Assembly (NCBI GenBank): GCA_963990035.1
Contig: CAXDMJ010000002.1
Span: forward strand, 3,441-67,440
Length of the DNA stretch: 64,000 bases
Reading direction: 5' to 3'
Origin: an uncultured Candidatus Poseidoniales archaeon
Lineage (GTDB): Archaea > Thermoplasmatota > Poseidoniia > Poseidoniales > Thalassarchaeaceae
Shown: one piece after another, positions 19,574 through 28,996 of the stretch
Position numbering within the stretch: position 1 is the stretch's first letter
How the letters are laid out: the number at the start of each line of letters is the position of its first letter
The notes under the pieces: generated by a model
What the model was told of the DNA's origin: nothing
The model's input: the letters and a program-made list of their open reading frames with translations, nothing else
The model's database searches: none
Translations under genes and position numbers: made by a program

Positions 19574-22500
19574 ATGCGCTCTACATATCATAGGATATCT
19601 GGCTCGCAAAAGCAAACAGCACTTCTGCTAGTAGCATTGATGATATTGCTACCTTGGTCCGCATATTCATCTTCAGATCTGGATAATGAGGTTGATTCAA
19701 GATATGCCGTACCCGGTGCTTGGGGTGCTAGTGGAAGTAATGATACAGGTTGGATTGACTTTTCGGCAACAGGGGCAAATCCTTCGAATGGGACCTATGC
19801 TTATGGAGACTTATTCTTTGATTTCGCACCAGGTGCAGTGATTGACAATATGACTTTTGAGGTCAAGGTAAATGGTTCAATTGGAGAATGGGTTTATGAG
19901 CCCCAAATCACTTTACTAGATTCTCAAACTCCAATACTTGATTGGACTGATTTAGGAGGTTTTGGTATACAAAATTCATTTGTTGAAAATCAACCAGATG
20001 TCAATTCAGTTGGTGTACTAGATACATCGTTGCAGCCTAATTCAGTTAGTGATACTAGTTGGCAATTACCCACTGATATTTCAATAACTGATATAGTGAT
20101 GGAAGCTCTTCGACCAGCAGATCCTAAAGTTTCTTTTTCCTTATTAGATGTCGAAATATATGACAGTGCCGTCAACCCTATCGATGGAAGATTATACATT
20201 TTATTAGGCGATGACTTATTACATCTAGATGATCAAACATCTACTCGAATAATCGATGTTGAAGAAGGCATCCAAGGACGTAGTCTTGCAATAGATGAAA
20301 CGGGTAACCGATTGATGATAGGGACTTCTAATGGCACCATATTACAACGTAGCCTTTCTGATTCTTCGTCAATGGAATCTATTAATTTAGCCTTTAACGA
20401 CACAATTTCTCCAATAACTGCTGTAACAGTTGATGATTATGGGACAATTTGGGCCGTTGCTGGCTGTAATATTTTCTACACTGATGATGGTAGCTGGTCA
20501 TCTTACTATTATTGTCCGGGTGGAGCAATAAAAACCGCTACAGATGTATTAGCGTATGGAGATAATTTGTATGTATCTACGTATCAAGGATTACATTTCT
20601 TAGGCTACTCAACCTCTATGCAAGGACTAGTTTCAGTTGATAGTAATACAATTTGGAATACTGAAAATTTCCTTTCCTCAAATCAGATAAACGACCTACA
20701 AATTTTAGGAAATACTCTTTTGATAGCAACAGAAAATGGCGGTATTAATCGTCGTAATCTGGTAGCGAATTCATGGATGGCAACTTGGTCTACAAGTAAC
20801 TGGCTATCATCAAATCAAGTGGTAGGTTTAGGTGTTACAGAAGGCTGGCTATATATTTTAGCAGGAAATACTGTCCATTCTTATAATACTAATTCGTTAA
20901 TATTTAGTTCTCAAAGACAATTAAGTGTTTTTGGTCTCCAACAGAACGGTAATCAAATAATTTCCTGGCCTGACCTTGGTAAAGCTAGAAGTCCTGAATC
21001 AGGTCTAGTGCTCTTAGGAGATGGTTCAGGGGTCCTAGGGCGTTTAATTGGGGAGATAGTTGACGGTTCAGAAACATTGGTTAGTAGTCCATCTGTAACT
21101 AATATGAATCAAGTATTTTTTGTAGATGATGGAGAGTCTGGTGAAGTTTGGGTATCTGGTGGTACTGTAATAGATAGGTTTGATGAAGCGACTCAATCAT
21201 GGCTTATTCCAATAGATATTTCAGATTATGTTAGTAATCCAGTAGAAATTACTTCCTTTGTCCAAGATTCAGATGGATGGATATGGGTAGGAACTATTAA
21301 TTCTGGAATCTTAAAATTAGATAATACTGATGCTTCATACATAGGTACAGTACAAGGCCTTGCTTCTTCAGAGATTCAATCCTTAGCTCATGATCAATAT
21401 ACTGAAATTCTAGTAGTTGCCCATTATGAAGATGGCTTATCTTTCGTGAATACCTCTACTATGATATTATCTGATGTAATTACTGAACAAGATGGCTTAG
21501 ATTCTGATTTCATAAATGATGTAGTAACAAGATTTAGTATTGCTTATGTAGCCACACCAGATAACGGAGTAATGAGAATTGATTTGCAAGAATTATCCAT
21601 TTTATCCTCTTGGAAATCTCTTGGTGCGGATAATTTAGAGGCTGCCCCAATAGCAGTTGATGGAGATATAATCTACTTTGGTCTGACCGGATTTGGAATT
21701 TTATTAATTGATAGATACTCTGGTGATATAATAGATATATGGGATGCAGAGGGAAATAGTGGTTTACCGGATAATGATGTACTCGCACTTCATCTAGACT
21801 ACTTTGGCGGCCTAATAGTCGGTATGGAAGTTCCTAATTCAGGAGGTACTTCAAATCAAGCAATGGCTAGATGGGATGGTTCCAGTTGGGAATATTTTGA
21901 AACTGATGTCCCTGGTGGCAATAATGATCCGTTCAAAATTAATGATATCAAGAGCGATAATTCTGGAGTAGTTGCGGCTACCAATCGTGGAGTTTGTACT
22001 TGGACTGGTTGGACATTAATTCAAGGAAATATTTACGAGTGGGATGAATGTATTTCTCCAATGAATAACTCAGCACGATTCAGCGAGACTTTTGCTGTAG
22101 AACTAGTGTCAGGAAGTAGCCCTCTTGCTAGCGGTTCTTCTACGACAAAGATTCTGGCAGGTCATGATGATGGAGCATCGTTGATAGAGCGAGGTCAGGG
22201 AATGAATGTAATTCAAAGATGGACTGCAGGAGATGATACACAAAGAGCCAGAATAGTCAAAGTTCAGGATATATTGTATATTGGTTTTGAGAATACAGGT
22301 ATAGGAAGATACAATCTTACTAGTCAACAGTGGCTTCAAACATGGGATGGAGATCAAGGATTTATTGATGATGATGATGTAACTGTTCTTATTCCTGGTC
22401 ACATTGAAGGTACAATTTGGGCAGGTGGTGACTTTGGATTAACGCTTATTGATGTAGTTAATAATACTGTGTTAATCGATTGGAATCGAGGTTCTAATTC

Positions 22501-25500
22501 AGGAGGCCCAACCCTATCAAATTCAGCTCCAGCGGATGTTGTTATTATTGGTGATATACTGCATTATTCTACTCAAAGATCAAATTCTTGGTTCCAATCT
22601 AATGATCAAATTTATAGGATAAATTTATCCTCTAATTCTAGCGAATCTACAATTGATGCAGGCCAAGAATTAGGTTGGAATGGTAAAATACATAGCATTG
22701 GGCAAGTCTCTGAAGAGCTTTGGGTAGGAATAAGGCCTGGTCAATATTGGAATGATGGCGATGGTACAATTGCTCGTTGGAATACGACTAATGAAACATG
22801 GGAAGATCCCCTAACTACACTCGGCAGTGTCGAGAGAGTAAATGCTCAGTACCTAGGAGATTGTTTTCCAATAAATGTCTCATCTTGTGAGTTATGGGTT
22901 GCATATGGCGACAATGTAATGCGACGTTTTTCTGCACAAACAATGACTTTACTTGATGAATGGACAGATATTGGTGGGCCAATTAGAGGTATGGTCGAAT
23001 ATCAAGGAGAATATCTCTTTGCAAGTATGGAGGGGATTCTTCGATGGAATCCTAATAATGAGACATGGCTTGATTCATGGGTTGTTAATGACGGACTTCC
23101 TTCCGATGCAAATGATGAATTATACACAATGACTACTGTTGGTGATGATCTTTGGGCAGGAAGTTACAGCGGTGGAGGCGGATTTAATACAAATTCAGAA
23201 ATTATACGTAAAAATGGTACATCTGGTAATTGGACCACTTGGGAATCTGGAAGTGCCGGTATCCCTGATGGCTATATTGCAGACATTGAGGTTTGTGATG
23301 ACATAGTACACATAGCCGTTGGTGCAGTTAATTTTTGGGGGAATCAAGGTGGCATAGCTCGCTATGACTTAGCAGATCATGATTCAGATGGAACAACTGA
23401 CGAATGGATAACTTCTGTATTAACTTCTAATGGCTTAGCAGATAATGATGTTAGAGCTCTAGCTTGTGATGATGCGAATCGAATAATATATGCAGGATTC
23501 GATGAAGAAGGAGTAGGTATTGCTAGATATGACTACAACGCAGGTCTATTCTTAGACACACTTACGAATGCTGCTGATGGTATTTCTGAGGATCGAATAT
23601 TCCCTGGAGGTATGTTGCATGATGGTGACGTACTTCTTACTGCTCATCAATATGATAATGATGGTGGAATTTCTCGGATAGTAACTTCCGGAACTTCTAC
23701 TATTAATGGCCAAATTTTAAGTCCAGGGATGGATGCATGTTCGATTGTTCGAGCTCCTTCAAGTACTAGTCCAGTATATGCAATAGGTCGTTCTGGACAA
23801 ACATCTGGAGTAAATAGAGTAGATAGATTAGACTCTACTGGATTAATCGAGAGTGGATATGACGAATTAGTAGGAATTACTAGTGGGCAAATTCAAAATA
23901 TTATTTCTAATGAAACTAATGTTTGGGTGACTTCTAGTCAAAATCGCAACTCATATTATGCATCTTCTGTTCTACAAGGAGAACTAACTAACGGAACTGT
24001 TAGATGGGAATTTGGATATGATTTTGCAGGTGATATAATTAATGATATTTCTCTTGACGGAGATAAGTTATGGGTAACTACAGCAGGAAGCGGACTTTGG
24101 AAGATTGATACTATACAGCGTACAAAATCTCCAATGTCATCCGCTCTTCATTCACAAATGGATGGGATGTATTTTGATGATGACGGCACAATGTATGTTG
24201 GATTAATGGGGGAGTCAGGAACTGCTGCAGGGTACCAATCCTTTGATACTAATACCGAGAATTGGGGACCAGGCAGTTTGATAGCGGGATTACCAAATAA
24301 TATTGTAAGAGATTTCTTAGAACTTGATTCTCATCTTTTAATTGCTACTCATGGTGGAATTGGATCGTATAATCTTTCAACTTTGAGTTTCGATAACCCA
24401 ATAACATCTTACAATGGACTTCCATCTCCAATCATTGACCACTTAATGATTCTAGATAACCCTATACAAGGTAATGGCACTATATTAGCAGGTGGTTTGG
24501 CAGGATTAACAATTCTTGAAGATGAAACTTTCACAGTGCTGAATACATTAGATTTTTCTGATGGTTTGATTGGCGATAGAGTTTCAGGACTTTTCTTCGC
24601 TGATTCAGTAACTAGGCAGGTACTAGTCGGTAACTCTACAATAGTTCAATATCATAATGCCTCAGTATTCATTTCTCATAATGGTCAAGGTGTAACACGT
24701 CCAGGAGTTGCAGCATGGGATATTGATTCTGATATGCAGAATGGAACTTACTTTATCGATTCGATTCCAAGTAATAATGTTCTGGCTATAGCTGCTGATA
24801 GTTGGGGTGTCCATATTGCCACTGATATTTCGCCACTTGTCCACTGGAATGGTACTATGATGCAGATGGAAACGGGGACAAGTCCCTTCAACCTGTTGTC
24901 ATGGCCACCATCTCAAATGGTTTCAGATGGTAATTATTTGGCTCTAATTAGTCCAGCGGGTATAGATTTACTAGAAGCTTCTAAAACTCATTCAGTCGTT
25001 AAATCCGAAATAATATCCGGATCTTCTAATGCATTTATTGATTCTAATTCTCTATATGTTGTGGGTAACGATGGTTTACACCATTACAGTCCGATCGTAA
25101 GTTTGAATGAGCAACCTCGTGAATATCAGAGGCGAGCCGAGCCTTTGTTTGCTATATTTGGAGGGGAGCAGTGGGATTTAACCGAAACAACTCATCCGGG
25201 GATGTCATCAATATTGATAGACTCTACTGATCCATTATTAATTCCTAATAGTCCATTGTCTTTACCTGGAGTTTTACCCATGTATAATGGAGCCATGACA
25301 ATTTCTAGTCCAGTTAATGGCGCATCAGTATGGGCTCAGTCTGTTTCATTAAATTATACTGGTTCATGGGATTTAGCAGGGCGAAACCCTGCGATTGAAG
25401 CAGGATTCCAAACAGCAATTTCTAATGTCGGACCAGGTTCTAATTCAGTTGTATTGAATGTTCAAATGCAGTCACCTCAGAATGGTACGATTAGTGTAAG

Positions 25501-28165
25501 AATGACTTATGATTGGGAGAGAATAGAAGTTCCAACAATATTGCAGTCTCTCTCAAATAGAGATAATGATGGCGGAGGTGTTCTTGAATCATCTTGGTTA
25601 CCTTCTGAAGATGCTGCATGGTATGCTTACAGACTATATGTCTGGGATTCAACAAATATGCTAGATTGGGAACCCAGTGAAAATGATTTAGATAATTTCG
25701 CAGGTTACATAAATGTTCCATTCTGGTCGCAGACAAGTGCTACAATCACCGAAGCCGATCATGATGGTACGATGTCCTCATTAATTGATGGGAATCAATA
25801 TCGAGCAGCAATAGTCACAGAATATCCCGATGGGTCCCTTGGTCAACCTATGACTTGGCCATTTAACGTAACGCCTATTGATGAAGTCCCATCTTCTCCA
25901 GATTGGTTACTTGCTAACCCTATTTCAGGCGGAACTGCAGGGACAATTTATGCTGAATGGTCTGCTTGCACTGAAATGGATGCTGATAAAACTAGAATTT
26001 GGGCAGTAGAACAAGAAATTACAAATACTCTTGCATTAACAGATCATTTTGATATTTCTTCAATATCAGGCAACAATACAGTCCTCCAATTAAGTCCTGG
26101 TGGTACTTATTGGTTTGCAGCAGTTTGTGTTGACGAAGGCGGACAATTCGATCCAATGAATGCAACAATAATCGGTCCTATCGTTGCTGCTGGAGGGCTT
26201 GATGATGGCATCCCTCCTACTAAGATAGAAGGTACTACTGCAACTGATGTTTTAGGTGATGATGGTAGTCAAATACAAGTGAATTGGATTCCTAATTCAG
26301 AAACAGATTGTGCATACTATACCATTTATGCATTACCTGCTACTAGCTGGCAACCTCCAAACAATGTTGATGGTTGGCCTGTTGCCTCTTATGTTTCAGA
26401 TTGTGATACAAATTCAACAATTATCTCTTCAATAGGGGAGTCGTTATTCATTGATGATACTGCTTATTGGGTTGGTGTAGTGGCTGTGGATGATTGGGGC
26501 AATCATAATTTGAATGACGTATTAGTCGTTGAAGTCACACCTCAATCAAATAATGGTGGCGTAGGAATACCTCCTGCCAGAGTATCCGGCTTGAATGCAT
26601 TTGACCATCCCGATGATGATGGCACTGCTATTGACGTTTCATGGAACCGTTCTTTAGTCAATGATTTCTCATTCTATACGATATGGGTTTCTGACTTTTA
26701 TCAAGACAATCTAACAGAATCTTGGTTAAATTGTTCTGAATCTCCAGAGTCTTGTGGTCTTATCATAATAGATCAGCAACAAATTGGAGGTGTCTTCGAG
26801 TTACAAGTTACTGTTGATAAAGCCCATTATGGCAACTCTATTTCTCAATTATCCTCCTCCTCAATAATTCCAGAAATCCCATTATATGTTACTATTACAA
26901 CTCATGATATTCGGGGCAATGTCTTCCTTACAGAGATGCAAAATCAAATGGTTTTAGTTATTCCTTCTGATAATAATGGTGATATATTCCCTCCTGTAAG
27001 GCTTGAACCACCTCAACTTACCGACCGCCTCTCTGATGATGGTGATGGTGTATTTGTTAATTTCCAAGAAAGTGAGGAGTCAGATATCTCAGAGTATTGG
27101 ATTTATGCTGATACCGTGCCATTTAGTTCTCTAGAAGGTCGTGAACCGGCGATTATAGTTAGTCGTGATTTAGAGATGCCATTATTGCTTGAAACATTTT
27201 CAGACGGAAGTCCATTGGCCCCTAATATCATGTTCTGGGTAAGTGTAATTCCAGTTGATTCTTCAGGTAACTATTGGGATCAAGGTGTAAAAACATCATC
27301 TATTGCTTTGATTAATGAAAATATTCTCGACCCTGGTCTCCATATTCCAGAAATTAGTGGAATAATTGCTTATTGGGATAGTTCTGGTTCGAGAATCCAA
27401 ATAGAATGGGATGATAGGAAAGATAGTCCAATTATTGAATCATATTACATATTTTTGTCATCCACTCCATTTGAAGATACTAGAGATGCCGATGCTTCAC
27501 AATTGATCCAAATTGATTATTCTAGTTATTCTTGGAGGGCAGATATTTCAGATAATCTTGATGGCAATTCATATGCTCTAAATAATGAAAACACATATTG
27601 GGTTGTAATTGTAGGATTTGATGGTTCTGTCCATCGTTTAGCGGTAAATCCACTCGAAATTCAACCTTGGTCCGAATCAGCATTTGGTAGAGATAATACT
27701 GGTGCAGATTCAGGAGTATCTTGGATTAATCAATTACTTGAAGGCGATATGAATATGATGATTGCTATTCTATCTGCTATAATGATTCTACTTGGTGGCG
27801 CCTTAGTACTGAAACCTAAGCAACGATCTGTACCTCAACCATGGGAAATGGGTGCACTAGAAGTTGAACTTGAAGAAGAAATGTTCAATCGAGATTTAGA
27901 TTTGGAAGATGAAGATTATACTATTGAAAATGAAAGCGACTCACAAATAGATAATTTTGATCCCGTAGATTATGATGAGATTCAACAAATATCTCCATCA
28001 AATGAAATAGTTGATGAATTATTAGGGGTGGAAGAAGAAGTAGATTTAGATGATCTGAATGACTTAGCAGATGATTTTGATTTAGATGATTTAGATGATC
28101 TAGCCGGCGAATTAACTCAAGATGCTGATGACATTGATACTTCATTTATTGATGATATTCTCTGA
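19574..28165 (+). CDS. Giant surface protein (2863 aa): signal peptide, multiple Reg_prop-type beta-propeller repeats, FN3/Ig-like domains, C-terminal TM anchor and acidic cytoplasmic tail
   Basis: Signal peptide 'TALLLVALMILLPWSAYSSS'. Repeated propeller motifs ('SGLPDNDVLALHLDYFGGLIVG', 'NDGLPSDANDELYTMTTVGDDLWAGS', 'SNGLADNDVRALACDDANRIIYAGF'). FN3-like 'YYTIYAL'/'FYTIWVS' blocks, a TM helix 'MMIAILSAIMILLGGALVL', then a ~110-aa D/E/L-rich tail. Confidence 0.85.
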   Translation: MRSTYHRISGSQKQTALLLVALMILLPWSAYSSSDLDNEVDSRYAVPGAWGASGSNDTGWIDFSATGANPSNGTYAYGDLFFDFAPGAVIDNMTFEVKVNGSIGEWVYEPQITLLDSQTPILDWTDLGGFGIQNSFVENQPDVNSVGVLDTSLQPNSVSDTSWQLPTDISITDIVMEALRPADPKVSFSLLDVEIYDSAVNPIDGRLYILLGDDLLHLDDQTSTRIIDVEEGIQGRSLAIDETGNRLMIGTSNGTILQRSLSDSSSMESINLAFNDTISPITAVTVDDYGTIWAVAGCNIFYTDDGSWSSYYYCPGGAIKTATDVLAYGDNLYVSTYQGLHFLGYSTSMQGLVSVDSNTIWNTENFLSSNQINDLQILGNTLLIATENGGINRRNLVANSWMATWSTSNWLSSNQVVGLGVTEGWLYILAGNTVHSYNTNSLIFSSQRQLSVFGLQQNGNQIISWPDLGKARSPESGLVLLGDGSGVLGRLIGEIVDGSETLVSSPSVTNMNQVFFVDDGESGEVWVSGGTVIDRFDEATQSWLIPIDISDYVSNPVEITSFVQDSDGWIWVGTINSGILKLDNTDASYIGTVQGLASSEIQSLAHDQYTEILVVAHYEDGLSFVNTSTMILSDVITEQDGLDSDFINDVVTRFSIAYVATPDNGVMRIDLQELSILSSWKSLGADNLEAAPIAVDGDIIYFGLTGFGILLIDRYSGDIIDIWDAEGNSGLPDNDVLALHLDYFGGLIVGMEVPNSGGTSNQAMARWDGSSWEYFETDVPGGNNDPFKINDIKSDNSGVVAATNRGVCTWTGWTLIQGNIYEWDECISPMNNSARFSETFAVELVSGSSPLASGSSTTKILAGHDDGASLIERGQGMNVIQRWTAGDDTQRARIVKVQDILYIGFENTGIGRYNLTSQQWLQTWDGDQGFIDDDDVTVLIPGHIEGTIWAGGDFGLTLIDVVNNTVLIDWNRGSNSGGPTLSNSAPADVVIIGDILHYSTQRSNSWFQSNDQIYRINLSSNSSESTIDAGQELGWNGKIHSIGQVSEELWVGIRPGQYWNDGDGTIARWNTTNETWEDPLTTLGSVERVNAQYLGDCFPINVSSCELWVAYGDNVMRRFSAQTMTLLDEWTDIGGPIRGMVEYQGEYLFASMEGILRWNPNNETWLDSWVVNDGLPSDANDELYTMTTVGDDLWAGSYSGGGGFNTNSEIIRKNGTSGNWTTWESGSAGIPDGYIADIEVCDDIVHIAVGAVNFWGNQGGIARYDLADHDSDGTTDEWITSVLTSNGLADNDVRALACDDANRIIYAGFDEEGVGIARYDYNAGLFLDTLTNAADGISEDRIFPGGMLHDGDVLLTAHQYDNDGGISRIVTSGTSTINGQILSPGMDACSIVRAPSSTSPVYAIGRSGQTSGVNRVDRLDSTGLIESGYDELVGITSGQIQNIISNETNVWVTSSQNRNSYYASSVLQGELTNGTVRWEFGYDFAGDIINDISLDGDKLWVTTAGSGLWKIDTIQRTKSPMSSALHSQMDGMYFDDDGTMYVGLMGESGTAAGYQSFDTNTENWGPGSLIAGLPNNIVRDFLELDSHLLIATHGGIGSYNLSTLSFDNPITSYNGLPSPIIDHLMILDNPIQGNGTILAGGLAGLTILEDETFTVLNTLDFSDGLIGDRVSGLFFADSVTRQVLVGNSTIVQYHNASVFISHNGQGVTRPGVAAWDIDSDMQNGTYFIDSIPSNNVLAIAADSWGVHIATDISPLVHWNGTMMQMETGTSPFNLLSWPPSQMVSDGNYLALISPAGIDLLEASKTHSVVKSEIISGSSNAFIDSNSLYVVGNDGLHHYSPIVSLNEQPREYQRRAEPLFAIFGGEQWDLTETTHPGMSSILIDSTDPLLIPNSPLSLPGVLPMYNGAMTISSPVNGASVWAQSVSLNYTGSWDLAGRNPAIEAGFQTAISNVGPGSNSVVLNVQMQSPQNGTISVRMTYDWERIEVPTILQSLSNRDNDGGGVLESSWLPSEDAAWYAYRLYVWDSTNMLDWEPSENDLDNFAGYINVPFWSQTSATITEADHDGTMSSLIDGNQYRAAIVTEYPDGSLGQPMTWPFNVTPIDEVPSSPDWLLANPISGGTAGTIYAEWSACTEMDADKTRIWAVEQEITNTLALTDHFDISSISGNNTVLQLSPGGTYWFAAVCVDEGGQFDPMNATIIGPIVAAGGLDDGIPPTKIEGTTATDVLGDDGSQIQVNWIPNSETDCAYYTIYALPATSWQPPNNVDGWPVASYVSDCDTNSTIISSIGESLFIDDTAYWVGVVAVDDWGNHNLNDVLVVEVTPQSNNGGVGIPPARVSGLNAFDHPDDDGTAIDVSWNRSLVNDFSFYTIWVSDFYQDNLTESWLNCSESPESCGLIIIDQQQIGGVFELQVTVDKAHYGNSISQLSSSSIIPEIPLYVTITTHDIRGNVFLTEMQNQMVLVIPSDNNGDIFPPVRLEPPQLTDRLSDDGDGVFVNFQESEESDISEYWIYADTVPFSSLEGREPAIIVSRDLEMPLLLETFSDGSPLAPNIMFWVSVIPVDSSGNYWDQGVKTSSIALINENILDPGLHIPEISGIIAYWDSSGSRIQIEWDDRKDSPIIESYYIFLSSTPFEDTRDADASQLIQIDYSSYSWRADISDNLDGNSYALNNENTYWVVIVGFDGSVHRLAVNPLEIQPWSESAFGRDNTGADSGVSWINQLLEGDMNMMIAILSAIMILLGGALVLKPKQRSVPQPWEMGALEVELEEEMFNRDLDLEDEDYTIENESDSQIDNFDPVDYDEIQQISPSNEIVDELLGVEEEVDLDDLNDLADDFDLDDLDDLAGELTQDADDIDTSFIDDIL

Positions 28166-28171
28166 ATTCTT

Positions 28172-28195
28172 TTACAAGAATTTGAAACCTTGTAA
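28172..28195 (+). terminator. Hairpin right after the giant-protein stop
   Basis: 'TTACAAG-aatttgaaacc-CTTGTAA' has 7-bp perfect arms and is followed by 'gttt'. Confidence 0.3.
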
Positions 28196-28209
28196 GTTTA
28201 CGGCCACAC

Positions 28210-28992
28210 ATGTCCGCGGTCTCCGACCCATATTCTGAGGCGTGGTCAACAATAGCTTGGGACGGACGAGATAAGCTTCTAGCAGCAAGTTTACATTTCG
28301 ATAGATTCGTAAGACACTCTAAGCGTTTAGGGTTTGATTTACCTAAAGATTTCAGAGAAAGAATATTCATTAATTTGAATCAATTAAAATTCTCTGAAAC
28401 TTCGATTGTTACTAAAAATCAACCACCATATTTAGTGAAAGTTGGAATTACAAGTCAAGGTGAAATAACTCTAATACCTCGACTTAACCAACCTTGGCCA
28501 AATATTCTTTCAGCCATAACTGTCGCAGCACCTCAGTGGGATCATACAATTCGAGGGACGAAGCATGGAGATTGGAAGCCTTACTTAGATGCCCGAGATA
28601 TGGCTGTAACAAATAATGCAGATATTTCTTTATTAGTCGAAAATGATGCTGTTATTGATGGCGATAGATGTATGCCGATTTTACTTGATTTAGATGGTTT
28701 CGCTTATCACCCTAGGGCTGATGAGGGGGCTCTCGATTCGATTACTTTAGAACAAATAAAGGGCGATTTAGAGAATGCCGGTATTCCTGTACGTCCTGCA
28801 AGAATAACAATTCCTTTGATTTTACGAGCCAAAGAAATGATTGTTATAGGAAGTGGGATGGGAATTCAATCACTAGGTTTTATTGACGGTAGGAAAATCG
28901 GTATCCCTCGTGGAAAATTGTATAATATTGCCATGTCATGTTGGTCTGAAAAACTCTCTTCTGCATGGCAATCTTTTGAAGACTTGAGTTGA
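28210..28992 (+). CDS. pabC: Class IV (fold-type IV) PLP enzyme, probably aminodeoxychorismate lyase
   Basis: A PLP-lysine context 'IRGTKHGDW' (compare PabC 'GIKHLN') and 'LLVENDAVIDG'. It sits 4 nt upstream of a PabB-PabA fusion gene. Confidence 0.5.
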   Translation: MSAVSDPYSEAWSTIAWDGRDKLLAASLHFDRFVRHSKRLGFDLPKDFRERIFINLNQLKFSETSIVTKNQPPYLVKVGITSQGEITLIPRLNQPWPNILSAITVAAPQWDHTIRGTKHGDWKPYLDARDMAVTNNADISLLVENDAVIDGDRCMPILLDLDGFAYHPRADEGALDSITLEQIKGDLENAGIPVRPARITIPLILRAKEMIVIGSGMGIQSLGFIDGRKIGIPRGKLYNIAMSCWSEKLSSAWQSFEDLS

Positions 28993-28996
28993 TAGA

